Shown here: in pieces, positions 53,161-64,000 of the stretch
How positions within the stretch are numbered: the first letter of the stretch is position 1
How the letters are laid out: the number at the start of each line of letters is the position of its first letter
NCBI GenBank assembly: GCA_963823655.1
Contig: CAWGMK010000006.1
Span: 256,001 to 320,000 of the forward strand
Source of the DNA: an uncultured Bacillota bacterium
GTDB lineage: Bacteria > Bacillota > DTU025 > MWDF01
DNA length: 64,000 nucleotides
Reading direction: 5' to 3'
Notes under the pieces: model-generated
Told to the model about the DNA's origin: nothing
The model's input: the letters and a program-made list of their open reading frames with translations, nothing else
The model's database searches: none
Made by a program: the position numbers and the translations under genes

Positions 53161-55816
53161 CTAGGGCATTGCCATGTAAAGCACACCGTGGTCAACGGCT
53201 GCAAGCCTCTCCTCCGAGCCAAGCTCGATTACTATCACATCCGAATAGCCCATGAAAAGGGCCCTTGCCGCTGATGCCTTCACTAGCCCCTTTTCGTTCT
53301 CGTCCCTCATATCCTGCAAGGGGGGGGACCCTGCCTTTGACCTCTGTTTCAGACCGTCGACTTCGATGATCAAAATGCCGGATTTGCCCGGTATGGTGCA
53401 GGCTTCAAACAGCTTCTGCCATTGGCCTATGCCGTTTGCATATGCGCTGCCGCCTGTTGCGTCCAGGCGGAGCACTGATGCCTTGCCGGGCACGGCAGCA
53501 GGGCCGTAATCGGCAACAATTCCTGCTTCCATGCTCATATCTACTTCGTCAGCGGGGGAGTAGGCGATATGCTGTGGAAGTGAGGCCTCCTTTAAAAAAG
53601 GCAACTTAGAAATTCGCCCTTCAGCCGGTATGGCTGCCAGGTCGTCAAGGTAGACAGTGCCTTCGCTTGCCATGTCGTCTTTGAATTCCACGAGGTATAT
53701 CTGCTCGATTGTAAAGGGCCCGCCTTCTGCGGGAAGCGATGCCTTGTATTCGTTCCATCCTGTGCCGGCAAGCCTTCCGAAATCGAGGAAATGCCTAGTG
53801 TCGGCCGCGTCACGGACATTCGCCCTCAGCCAATGGCCGGATGCAAAGTCGGCGTTCGCCATTATGCCAAGCGCCGTTGCCGTTGCCGGTATGAGTATCC
53901 TTGCCGACGGTTTCGCGTATGCGGCCCTGACGCCCGTGCCGGCGAAGTCGTAGGCAAGCCCCATGGCGCTTCTGCCGTCCGCATTTGCAAAAGACATACC
54001 CTTCAAACTTGTTTCGGGAGAGCCGTACGAAGTCCACAGCGAAGGGTCATCCATGGCATCCAAAATCAGGGCTTCGTCGAGGCTGTCGAAGAGCGTATCG
54101 GGCAGAAAGCTTCCAAGCAGAGCGTCCTCGAAGTATATCTCTATTGACTCGATGTTGCCGGAGAGATTCTATTACCGCCTGCGGAAGAAGGGGGGCGGGC
54201 AGCTCAAAAGGGCCGCTCTCGGTGATTACTCGCATGCGAAGCCCGGCGGAAGGCAGGGGTATTTCCCTTCCCTTGTGGTCGAATGCTTGGATGCCGAGGC
54301 TTAAGCCGATGTCCGATTTGAGCGCCGAAGCCAGGGTGACTCTAACAGGCTTTCCGGTTGCCAACAGCCTGTATGTTGTCTCAATGCCGTTAAATTCCGA
54401 CTTCAGCTCGATATATCCTTCGGAGACGACAGTGAGGCCCGGGGTTTCGGGAAGCTGTACAAGGTTGCCATGTGCTACCGGCAAGTCCGAAAACGCATCG
54501 GCTTCCGTCGCGAAATATAAATGCGTGCCGACTGTTACAATGGGCAGCTCTCCGATCAACCCCTCATATGCAGCACCGGGTTCTCCAAGCTGTCCCGCTG
54601 CCGGTACATCGAAAGCAGGCCCAAAAGCGGGAGCGGCGGTCAAAACCGGGAATGTCGTGGCCTGCCTGCCGTCAATCGCCTTAATACCCACCGAATAGCT
54701 GACCTTCCTGTCGGCACCGCCTGTTCCTAGCAGCTTGTATGCAGATTGGCCGTCAGATGCGGCGGCTTGGGTGGACCCGCCACCGTCCAGGTTCAGGGCG
54801 TCCCTGCAACCGAGGTCCATCATGAGCTGCGCGGCCTCATCCAGCGTAACGCCTCTCGAATCAAGGCTTCTCCCCTCGACGGCAACGAGCAGCAGCCTGC
54901 CGTCCCAGGTGATGCCAGCCATTGTCCGGGGTGCCCTGAGCGCGCCCGATATGCTGGTGAAACTCGAAAGGTTCTTCTGCTTCAAGCCATCCTTTACGAG
55001 TACCGGCTTTCCGGAGAAGGCAGATTCCATAGGAAACGGGGGGAAGAGGTTGAACTCCAGCCGGATGGAGTCCCCCAAGGCTAAATCCAATAGCCCGTTC
55101 ACCATGGAACCGGTCGTAATCAGCTCATAGTCGAAAGGCAGCGACAGTGCGCTCTTGTCATCGGGTATGCCTGTTAGGCCGGTCTTGAACAACGCGATGA
55201 TTGTGTTGCCTTTGATGAGCGCTACAACCGCCTTGGCCGGATATTTCCTTTCCGATCTCAGAGCGTTGAATAGGACCGCATCGGAGCTACCGACTGAAAG
55301 CTCGTTATATGAGGAGATATCTATGTTCCCCCCATCCGGGCGCACCAAACGGGCAGACCAGCTGAATTTCTCAATGTACGCCGAACCTGCTCCCGGTATG
55401 CAAAGCGTCGCGAAGTCCGCGTCCTTCCTGGGGGATCTAATGAGTGAGCCGTCGGAGACAACCATGGAAAGGGGCATTCCGGAGGCGGTATCGAAGAAAT
55501 CGCCGTTGACGGCGGCAAGCAGCCCTTTTGACCTTAGTGTGTCTATTACGCTGGAAGGCTCATCCATAAAAGCGCCGGCATTGAACGGGCCGACGTAGAA
55601 ATCCCCGGTCGTTGTATCAACTGAGATTACGCAGTATCTGAGCCATCCGGATTTTGAAAGCTCGGTCACAGAGGCAATATCAAGCCCCGGCAGCTGCCTG
55701 TATGATGATTCAAAGGCCAGTATGCCCGGCCTTTGTGCGAAGGCTGTGCCTGATAGCGCAAAGACGAGGGATAATATCAGCGCCAAGCCGAAGCCTCTAA
55801 TTGTGGAATACTTCAT
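53161..55816 (-). CDS. Secreted phosphodiester glycosidase (NAGPA-like) family protein; frameshift near 54100
   Basis: AAVNGDFF, PRTMAG and ALNLDGGGST; C-terminal part lies in ORF 53161-54063. Confidence 0.8.
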
Positions 55817-55878
55817 GGAACACGCCCCTATACTAGATGTAAGATAATTGTAGTTAATCCGAAGCCGGAGGTGTACCC

Positions 55879-57450
55879 ATGGCAAGGCTTTTTTTAAGAA
55901 ACGGCAGAATATTCCTCGGAAGGCCGGGAGCGGGATTCGCTGAGGCCGCCGCAATCGCGGGGCGCAGGGTCCTTGCAGTCGGCAAGGAAGAAGATGTGGC
56001 GGGCATTGCCTCGGGCTTTGAGGAAGTGGACCTTGCCGGAGGCGTTGCTGTACCTGCCTTCTGCGACTCGCACATCCATCTGTTGATGTATGCATTAAGC
56101 TTAGCCACTGTTCAACTTTCGGGCTCAAATAGCCAGGAGGAGGCGGCGGGGCGCGTAGCGGCCAGGGCGCAAATCGCGCGGCCCGGTTCCTGGATTACCG
56201 GTATAGGCTGGTCAAAAGAGGAGTTCAAAAACAGGCAGTTCCCGACCAAGGCCCCACTTGACCTGGTGTCTCCTCAAAACCCGGTTGCGCTATATAGCAG
56301 GGATTATCATTCGCTTTGGCTGAACAGCGTGGCTCTTTCCCAGCTTGGCATAGATAAAAATACAGCTGATGTCCAAGGGGGTTCCATCCTAAGAGGTGAC
56401 GACGGCGAGCCTAGCGGGGTCCTGCTTGAGTACGCCGCGAAGATGGCATATGATCTTATACCCAAGCAATCGGCTTCCAGCTGCTTAGGCGCCCTTGATG
56501 CCGCTTTCGGCAAGCTTTACTCGCTTGGAATACTTACAGTACACAATATGGACTCGGATGGGGATATGTCCCTGCTCTCCGATTTAAAGGCGCAAGGAAG
56601 GCTCGGGGTAAGAGCCGTAGGCTATATCGGCAGGGAGGCTCTCGAGGGGGCGATCTCCGCCGGGCTGCATTCTGGAGCCGGGGACTCGCGCCTTAAATTC
56701 GGCGGCTTGAAGCTTATCAAGGATGGCACGCTAGGCTCTCAGACAGCGATGATGCTCGAGCCATTCGAGGGCGGATTTAACAGGGGAATCGAATTGCTGC
56801 CCGACGATGAGTTGAACTCCCTTATATCCAGGGCCAACAATTCAGGCATAGGAGCCGCCGTGCATGCGATAGGCGATGGTGCGAACCGCAGCGTCCTGGA
56901 CGCATTCTCCAGATCCGGCAAACAGGACAGGGCCCTGGCCAACAGGATCGAGCATGTCCAGCTTCTAAGCGAGGAGGACATGCCAAGGCCGGCAGCGCTA
57001 GGACTGGCTTGCTCGATGCAGCCGGTTCACATGGACGGGGACATCGCCCCGGCGTCTCTTCTATGGGCCGACAGGTGCAAATACGCATTTGCCATGAGAA
57101 GCCTTGCAAGAAGCGGCTCACCCTTGCTTTTGGGCTCGGACGCTCCCGTAGCCGACCCTGACCCGTTGAAGGGCATCTGCTCGGCAGTAACTAGGAAAGG
57201 CCCTGATGGAAAGCCGGAGCGGGGATGGTATCCGGATGAGAGGATCAGTGTAGAGGAGGCTGTCAGGTCCTATACATGGAACCCTGCCGCGCTTTTCGGA
57301 GATGAAAAGAACCTTGGAAGCATAGAAGCCGGCAAGATCGCAGACATCGCAATTCTTTCGGAGGATATTTTCTCGATCCCTAAGGAGAGAATTAGAAAGG
57401 CCAGGGTGGCAGGGACGATAATGGAAGGGGAATTCGTTTACCGGGTTTAA
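55879..57450 (+). CDS. Amidohydrolase-3 family protein (YtcJ-like)
   Basis: DSHIH, HAIGD, RIEHVQ, GSDAPV, GSIEAGKIAD. Confidence 0.92.
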   Translation: MARLFLRNGRIFLGRPGAGFAEAAAIAGRRVLAVGKEEDVAGIASGFEEVDLAGGVAVPAFCDSHIHLLMYALSLATVQLSGSNSQEEAAGRVAARAQIARPGSWITGIGWSKEEFKNRQFPTKAPLDLVSPQNPVALYSRDYHSLWLNSVALSQLGIDKNTADVQGGSILRGDDGEPSGVLLEYAAKMAYDLIPKQSASSCLGALDAAFGKLYSLGILTVHNMDSDGDMSLLSDLKAQGRLGVRAVGYIGREALEGAISAGLHSGAGDSRLKFGGLKLIKDGTLGSQTAMMLEPFEGGFNRGIELLPDDELNSLISRANNSGIGAAVHAIGDGANRSVLDAFSRSGKQDRALANRIEHVQLLSEEDMPRPAALGLACSMQPVHMDGDIAPASLLWADRCKYAFAMRSLARSGSPLLLGSDAPVADPDPLKGICSAVTRKGPDGKPERGWYPDERISVEEAVRSYTWNPAALFGDEKNLGSIEAGKIADIAILSEDIFSIPKERIRKARVAGTIMEGEFVYRV

Positions 57451-57511
57451 TGGAAGCATGGCTGGCTTGTGGCTTTATGGAGAATGCTATAAATTCGATA
57501 AACGAGCACAC

Positions 57512-57635
57512 AAGGAGGACCAGGGAAGGAAATGCGCAGGTAACAACCCCAGCTGATGGACGAAATGACCCGTACGAGTTACGGGCGTAAATCCATGGGC
57601 GGGGGCTTTTTTATGCCCCGCCCGCTTCGGAGGTG
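57512..57635 (+). promoter_or_regulatory. Attenuator-like leader with an MRR uORF (57532-57543)
   Basis: ATG CGC AGG TAA, then a long hairpin with T6 and an alternative GGGCGGGG/CCCCGCCC pairing. Confidence 0.55.
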
Positions 57636-57640
57636 TTATC

Positions 57641-59213
57641 TTGCTGGCATTGAAGCTTACTGACATCGACTTCTCATACGGATCCAGAAAGATCATAAAG
57701 CTCGGCTCGCTGTCGATTTACGATGGAGAGAGAATCGGCCTGATAGGGCCCAACGGATGCGGAAAAAGCACACTGCTGGACATTATCGCAGGCAGAGTTG
57801 ACGTTTCGCCGGGCAGCGCCCAGCGCTTCTTGGATATTTCCTACTGCGACCAGGCGGGAAGCCCAAAGCTTCGCCCTTCCGCCAGATTGCTTTCCATTTT
57901 CAAAGCCCAAGAAGGCCTGATAAACCCGAGCGGAGGGGAGCGGATGCGCTATAAGCTCGCGTCTGCGTTCACGCCCGGCAAAGGGATACTGATCCTCGAT
58001 GAACCTACCACAAACCTGGACCTGGATGGCATCCTCCAGCTCAGAGACGAAATCTTTGAATGGGATGGGCCCGTTCTGCTTGTGACCCACGACGCAGCAC
58101 TTCTTTCCGAGACTTGCGAAAGGACGCTGTCCATAAGGGATCGCAGGCTGGAAGATTTCCCTGGAGGATACGATGAGTGGGTCTTGGACAGGCGCCTTCG
58201 TGAGAAAAGCCGGATAAATGAGTATGATGAGTATCTAAGGCAGAAAAGGCACCTGCTTGGGGCATTCAGGCAGGCCCAGTCCTCTTCGAAACAGGTGAAA
58301 ACAACGCCATCCAGGATGGGCAACTCGGAGGCGAGGCTGCATAAAGCTGAGGCAAGGGAGAGCTCCGAGAAACTGGCAAAGAAGGCCGCAGCCATATTGT
58401 CGCGGCTTGCAAGGCTGAAGGCCGTAAGCAGGCCAAAGCCGGACAGAGAGCTTACCATGGCTTTTGCGAAACCCTCAGACAGCCTGCCCAGATTTGCGGC
58501 CATAGCGAAGGAAATCGGGCTGAACGCCGGTAAGAGAAGCCTTCTTGATGCGGCCTCCTTCGACCTGCCTACCGGCTCTAAGACATGCCTGTTGGGGCCG
58601 AACGGGTGCGGCAAGACAAGCCTGTTGAATAAAATCGCGGAGTTGTCCGAGGGGATCGTGTCCAAAGGTGTTAAATGCTCATTGATGCGTCAGGACCTTT
58701 CGAACCTTTCTGAAGCCCATTCTGCTCTTGAGAATGTAATGATGACTTCGAAAAGAACAGAGCCATTCATAAGGACCGTGCTGGCAGGCCTTCGAATAAC
58801 GGGCGATATGGTGCACACGCCAGTAGGCAGCCATGTCCGGGGGAGAGAGGATGAAAGTTGAGCTTGCCAGGTTGATGATGTCAGAAGCCGACATGCTGCT
58901 ACTCGACGAGCCTTCCAATCACATGGACATAGAATCATGCGGAGCACTGGGTGAAGTGTTGCGCGCCTGGCCCGGCACACTGCTGATGGCGACACATGAC
59001 AGGGCGCTGATAGATGCCGTTTCCGATAGGATTATTATCTGGCAGGGAACGAAGCTTCTTACTTATGAGGGAAACTACTCCGATTACATGTCATCCACAA
59101 ACGATAAGCTTGATATAGTGGCCCTGGCGGAGGGGATGAAACGCGCTGACGATGCTTCTAAACGCAACGGGCCGATATTGGATACAGCCGGTTGCAGGAG
59201 TTTTGATGAATGA
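57641..59213 (+). CDS. ABC-F ATPase, ARE-type (Vga/Msr/CplR-like) ribosomal protection candidate; frameshift near 58833
   Basis: Two ABC domains, no TM segments, long linker with RMGNSEARLHK. Confidence 0.8.
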
Positions 59214-59220
59214 AATGTTA

Positions 59221-59250
59221 CAGGATCCCGGCGAGCCGGGATCCTGCTTT
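59221..59250. terminator. Hairpin between the convergent ABC-F and AlaX-like genes
   Basis: CAGGATCCCGG-CGAG-CCGGGATCCTG perfect inverted repeat. Confidence 0.75.
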
Positions 59251-59259
59251 ATCCAATCC

Positions 59260-60481
59260 TTAAGATAGCTGGGAGACTATGTGATCATGCGCGGTTTTCA
59301 GCGCTTCATCCAGCGAAGGCACCTTCGACCCGCCGCCCTGGGCCATGCCCTGGTTTCCTCCGCCTTTGCCTTCTAGCAGAACTATCGCCGATTTGAAAGC
59401 TGCGGCGGCATCAAGGGAGGTATCCTGGGAGCGCGCTACAACAAGATAGGCGTTATCCTGGTTGAATGAGCCGACCACCGCGGCGGTTAAGGGATTTCCC
59501 ACCAGCTTAAGGGCGAATAGCTTTGGCGGTGTCCATATTGCCCTGCCCGGCGTTGTGCACAATCACTTTGACTCCTGAATAGGCCTCTGCCTGATCCCAA
59601 ATCCTTACCGCATCATATTCCATGAGCCTCTGGCTTGCGTCCTGCAGCGACTTCCTGGCGTCCTTGAGCTGGCCGAGCATTCGCTCTATCTGTTGTTCCA
59701 GCTCCATAGGATGTACTGAAAGAGATGATGCCGCCTTGGCCAGCTGCCTGTTCTTGTTCCTGTAATCCACTAGTGCCCTCATGCCGCACAGCAGCTCAAG
59801 GCGCACCTTGCCCTTGGCGCGGTCTATCCTTGTAATCTTGATTAGGCCGATTTCGCCTGTGTGGGCCACGTGTGTGCCGCCGCAGGGGCAATTGTCGAAG
59901 CCCTGGACGGACACTATCCTGATGTCGGAGACGACCTTCGGCGCTTTACGAAGGTTCATAGCCTTGAGCCTGTCGGCATCCACGAATTCGGCAACCACGG
60001 GGACATCCTTGGTTACTATGTCATTCGAGACATCCTCCGCCTTATCGGCCTGCCATTCCTCCAGCTTGTCGGTGTCCAGATCCACGGTGCAATACTCCTC
60101 GCCGAGATGGAAGCCCACGGTCTCGAAACCGAAAAGCCTTTCGAAGGCGGCTGAGAGTATATGCTGGCCGGTATGCTGCTGCATAAGATCGAACCTGCGA
60201 TGCCCGTCAATTGAGCATCTTACCCTGCCTGAGACCGGACCGCTTGTTAAGACGATAACCCGGCCCTCGGAATCTTCTGTTACGTCGATGACATCAGCTC
60301 CGGCAACCTTGCCCCTGTCGGATGGCTGCCCGCCGGATTCAGGATAGAATGCGTTGGGCGACAGCTGGACCTGCCAGCTCTCAGCCGAATTCGCGCAAGC
60401 GCATGGCCCCTCGCAGCTTATTACGTCCGCGTCGAACTCAAGCAGTTTCGGGTCATAGTAATAAAGCCTGTCTTTTGCCAA
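59260..60481 (-). CDS. Alanyl-tRNA editing protein (AlaX-L type) with a DHHA1 domain; frameshift near 59510
   Basis: FYPESGGQPSD, QQHTGQH, CGGTH, GKGGGN..AQGGG. Confidence 0.88.
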
Positions 60482-60548
60482 TTCGAGCTCCCCCTATGCC
60501 TGTTAAAGTATAATGAAATTATTATACCGCTATGGCCTTGAGGTGGAT

Positions 60549-61190
60549 ATGCCTGAAAGAGAATACGTCACGCTAATAGGCGAAGGCTTGTCATCGGTAG
60601 AAGACAGGAAGAGCCGGTTCATAGGCAGGGCCAGGCACGTTGAACGCGAGGCTGAGGCCTATGAGTTCGTCGATGCGGTAAAAAGGCTGGAAAAAGGGGC
60701 CAGGCATAATGTGTATGCTTTTTCCCTGGGTCTGTCTTCGGAGATCGTGCGCTCCAGCGATGACGGCGAGCCCTCCGCAACTGCGGGAAGGCCCTGCTTG
60801 GAAGCTATTAAGCTGAAGGGGCTTACGGACTGCATTGTAGTGGTCACAAGGTATTTCGGCGGCACGCTCCTTGGCACTGGGGGCCTTGTAAGGGCATACG
60901 GACTTGCCGCAAGGGATGCCATAGGCGCTGCCGGCATCGGCGTCAGGGTTAGTTATAGGCAATTGGAGATGTCGATAGAATACTCGGAATGGGGAAGGCT
61001 GTCGGATTTTCTTGCGAGAAGGTCAGTTCTCGATTTGAAGGCCGAGTTCATGGAAAAAGTGAAGGCTACTTTCCTGGTTAAGGATAAAGAAAAGGACTTT
61101 TTCATAGGAGAGCTCACCGACTTGCTATCAGGAAAGGCGCAAATAAAGGAAGTAGCACAAAAGCATATGCTGGAGAGAGCTATAAAAAAG
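60549..61190 (+). CDS. yigZ: YigZ/IMPACT family protein; 3' end uncertain (ORF as sequenced runs to 61697)
   Basis: KSRFIG, DDGEPSATAG, VTRYFGGTLLGTGGLVRAY. Confidence 0.88.
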
Positions 61191-61210
61191 GGACGGTTTG
61201 AACCGTCCCC
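61183..61210 (-). terminator. Terminator of the lemA-TPM operon
   Basis: Minus strand reads GGGACGGTT-C-AAACCGTCCC-TTTTTT. Confidence 0.75.
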
Positions 61211-61217
61211 TGATGAA

Positions 61218-62009
61218 TTACCAGCCTCTTCCGGCCCCGCCTCCACCGGATCGGCCTCCGCCGAAACCGCCGAAGCCTCCGCCGGACTTGCCGCCGCCTC
61301 CTCCGAAGCCACCAAAACCGCCGAAGTTCTTGGGCCCGCTGCTCCAAGGTCCGCCGAAGCCGGAGAAAGGCGGCTTAGTGCCGGTTCCGCCCGTCGGCAT
61401 GTTCTTGGATATGAATTTCAGGAAACCGATTACCAGGATGATTATTATCACGGCTATTACCAGGAGTATGACCTGGGCTGTAGTCGACAGCACCTCTTCG
61501 GCGAGGGGGACGCCGGTTATCTCGGCTCGAAGCGCCGCAATGGTGTCCTCTATAGCTTTCTCGGTGTTGCCGCTTTGCATAGCCGGCACGAAATAGTCAT
61601 CCAGTATCCTGCCCGCCTTGAAATCGTTAATTTCGCCTTCCAGCCCATAGCCGACTTCGATGCGCACATCGCGCTCCTCTTCGGCAATCAGCAATAGAAG
61701 CCCGTCGTCCTCGCCCTGCCTGCCAATGCCCCAGCTTTCGAACAGCTCTACAGCGAAATGTTCGATATAGTCGCCGTCCATGTCATCCACAGTAACGACG
61801 GCTATCTGGGCGCTGGTTTCCTTCTCGGCCATAAGCAGCTGCGCCTCGATGCGCTCAGCCGCCGCGGCATCTAGCATTCCGGCGAAATCGTTAAAGAGCC
61901 TGGGCGGAACCGGGGATGCCGGTATCGCAGCGTACGCAGGGAAGAATGCGGCGATCGCAAGGACCGCCGCCATTGCTATTAGAGTGATCCTGCCCGCCCT
62001 AGGCGCCAT
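61218..62009 (-). CDS. TPM domain protein (YgcG-like) with a Gly-rich tail
   Basis: WGIGRQGEDDGLLLLIA, IEVGYGLEG, GGGRSGGGGAGRGW. Confidence 0.92.
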   Translation of the reverse strand: MAPRAGRITLIAMAAVLAIAAFFPAYAAIPASPVPPRLFNDFAGMLDAAAAERIEAQLLMAEKETSAQIAVVTVDDMDGDYIEHFAVELFESWGIGRQGEDDGLLLLIAEEERDVRIEVGYGLEGEINDFKAGRILDDYFVPAMQSGNTEKAIEDTIAALRAEITGVPLAEEVLSTTAQVILLVIAVIIIILVIGFLKFISKNMPTGGTGTKPPFSGFGGPWSSGPKNFGGFGGFGGGGGKSGGGFGGFGGGRSGGGGAGRGW

Positions 62010-62573
62010 CTAGAACTCCACCTTCGGTGCCGTGTCAGAACCTTCTACAGATTCGAACAGCTTCTTGGCCGTGAAACCGCGCATCCCGGCTATGATGCTT
62101 GTCGGGAATGTCCTTATCTTCGTATTCCAGTTGCGCACTTCGTCATTGTATCTGCCGCGGGCGACCGATATGCGGTTCTCTGTGCCGGCAAGCTCGTCCA
62201 TCAGGGCAGAGAACTGCGCGTTCGATTTCAGCTCAGGATAGTTCTCGATTACTACCAGCAACCTGGAAAGGGCGCCTTCAAGCCCGTTTGCGGCATCTAT
62301 CTTATCGTCGATGGTGCTTGCGCCGCCGAGCTTTGCCCTGGCCTCGGTTACGGAATCGATTACTGCCTGCTCCTGTGCCGCGAAGCCCTTGACGGTGGCG
62401 ACCAGGTTAGGAATGAGGTCATACCTTCTCTGGAACTGGTTTTCAACCTCGGCCCAGGCTGCGTTTACTTTCTCATCCATGCCAACTAGCTGGTTACCGA
62501 TGCTTATGTAAGCCAGCACGGCAACTATGACGAGGCCCAACAGGATCCAAAGGATATTGAACTTGCCCTTCAT
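62010..62573 (-). CDS. lemA: LemA family protein
   Basis: QRRYDLIPNLV, ENYPELKS, GTENRI. Confidence 0.95.
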   Translation of the reverse strand: MKGKFNILWILLGLVIVAVLAYISIGNQLVGMDEKVNAAWAEVENQFQRRYDLIPNLVATVKGFAAQEQAVIDSVTEARAKLGGASTIDDKIDAANGLEGALSRLLVVIENYPELKSNAQFSALMDELAGTENRISVARGRYNDEVRNWNTKIRTFPTSIIAGMRGFTAKKLFESVEGSDTAPKVEF

Positions 62574-62788
62574 TCGAATTCCTCCCACTGCAAATTGGTA
62601 TCGCAAATGTAGCTACCGCAAATCAATATACAACTATTGCGGCAAAAGTAAATAAAAACCGCGAAAATTTCCGCCGCCGGCTTTACCCGCTAAAAGCCGC
62701 TGCTGGCAATATTATATCAGAAGCGGCAGCAGCCTTCGCTTGAACATGGGCGGGCATTCTGATGTAATAGCTTTAGGCATCGGGGGAA

Positions 62789-63448
62789 ATGATGGCTTCA
62801 GTGATGAAAGCAGCCCTTCTCGCGGGGGCCGGGGCAGCCGTATGGGCGTTCCGGAGAGATCCTGGGCGGCGTGGGTAAACTGGATATGAATCTCTGTGGG
62901 TTAAGCTTGTGCCAGAGAGCCATGTCGGGCCTGGCGGCAGCTTTTCCGATCCATTCGTTGTAGCAGGCGCTGGATTTGTGCCGGCAAGCCTGTCGGGCGA
63001 AAGGGTGGTCCATGACTATCCTATCGGAACAGGGCCCGCAGCAGGCATTGCGGCGGCTTTGCAGCTAGCTGATGATTGGTGCTTCATTGCGGCGGCAGAT
63101 ATGCCGTTTCTGGACCCGGAGCTGATTTCAACGTTAAGGCAGGAAGTAGAGGCGCTGCCGGATGGCGCGCTTTGCGCAATACCACACTGGAAGAAGGGGA
63201 GGGAGCCGCTTCACGCTTTCTACAGGAAAGGCGCTCTCGGCACGGTAACCGGCTTCCTTGAAACTGGACGCAGGAGCCTTAATGAGCTCACCGATTCGCT
63301 GGATGCCAGGCTTCTGGATGCCGAAAAGGCGGCGCTGGCATGCGGGTCTGATTTGAGCCTTGCTTTTTTCAATGTCAACACTTTAAAGGATTTGGAGGAT
63401 GCGCGCAAAATTATACTTAAGTTGGGCATCCAAGACAAAGCCTATTGA
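62789..63448 (+). CDS. mobA: Molybdenum cofactor guanylyltransferase-like NTP transferase; 5' frameshifts
   Basis: LLAGG..SRMG (frameshifted), GPAAGI, AADMPF, EPLHAFY, FFNVNT. Confidence 0.8.
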
Positions 63449-63459
63449 GGAGGCCGTCG

Positions 63460-64000
63460 GTGAAGGACGTACAAAACCAGAAGGACACAAGAGGCATAGG
63501 CATCCAGAACGTCGGAGTGAAAGATGTGCACTTGCCGCTTCTAATAAGGACCAGGGAGGGCGGATTCCAGAGCGTATTGGCCAATGTACAGCTGTCTGTG
63601 GGCCTTCCGATGCATTTCAAGGGCACTCATATGAGCCGTTTCGTGGAGGCGCTGCTGCCCTGGGGAAGCAAGCCGATTTCCAATACCGAACTGCGCCAGC
63701 TTCTAGTAGACACATGCGCAAGGCTTGAAGCGGACGAGGCGGAAGTGAAGATCGGCTTCAAATACTTCGTAGAGAAGAAGGCTCCCGTTTCCGGCAAAGC
63801 GTCGCTTATGGACTACGACTGCACTTTCATAGCCAGGCGGGAGGGCGACAAACACACATTCATACTCGGCCTGGAAGTGCCCGTGACGTCATGCTGCCCT
63901 TGCAGCAAGGAGATTTCGGACTACGGAGCGCACAACCAGCGGACCCTCATAAAAGCACAGGTCAGGTTCCACGGAGGGTTCCTCTGGATTGAGGACCTTG
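63460..64000 (+). CDS. folE2: GTP cyclohydrolase FolE2/MptA, 3'-truncated by the window
   Basis: MKDVQN..D.R.I.IQNVGV, KGTHMSRF, CPCSKEISDYGAHNQR. Confidence 0.93.
   Translation, partial: MKDVQNQKDTRGIGIQNVGVKDVHLPLLIRTREGGFQSVLANVQLSVGLPMHFKGTHMSRFVEALLPWGSKPISNTELRQLLVDTCARLEADEAEVKIGFKYFVEKKAPVSGKASLMDYDCTFIARREGDKHTFILGLEVPVTSCCPCSKEISDYGAHNQRTLIKAQVRFHGGFLWIEDL

Noticed and set aside
1-64000. CRISPR arrays, tRNA/rRNA genes, transposases, integrases
   Set aside because: No regularly spaced repeats, cloverleafs or recombinase motifs seen by eye

Overview
GC-rich window from an anaerobic Bacillota-like bacterium (inferred from gene order and protein features). Positions 1-29.5 kb hold the core transcription/translation supercluster: rpoB (partial), rpoC, an L7Ae-family gene, the str, S10, spc and alpha operons, ecfA1A2T and truA. 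A ~19.7 kb accessory block separates truA from rplM-rpsI. It contains five tandem secreted C69/secernin-type Ntn peptidases (including a duplicated gene pair) behind a Phe/Tyr-rich leader peptide. It also contains a DUF6305 + DctM-like permease + small membrane protein + deacylase module, a SurA-N/TPR gene, a beta-propeller gene with an in-frame C-D-T-UGA followed by a SECIS-like hairpin (candidate new selenoprotein), and a DUF1015-trpB2 operon behind a WGWR leader peptide and terminator. After rplM-rpsI come a TPP-riboswitch ykoF-thiXYZ-like operon, a phosphodiester glycosidase-family gene, an amidohydrolase, an ARE-type ABC-F with a uORF attenuator, an AlaX/DHHA1 gene, yigZ, TPM/LemA, mobA and a partial folE2. 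Many single-base frameshifts, including in map and truA, suggest indel errors in the assembly, so the 'pseudogene' calls are provisional. All family assignments are from motif recognition; no searches were run.
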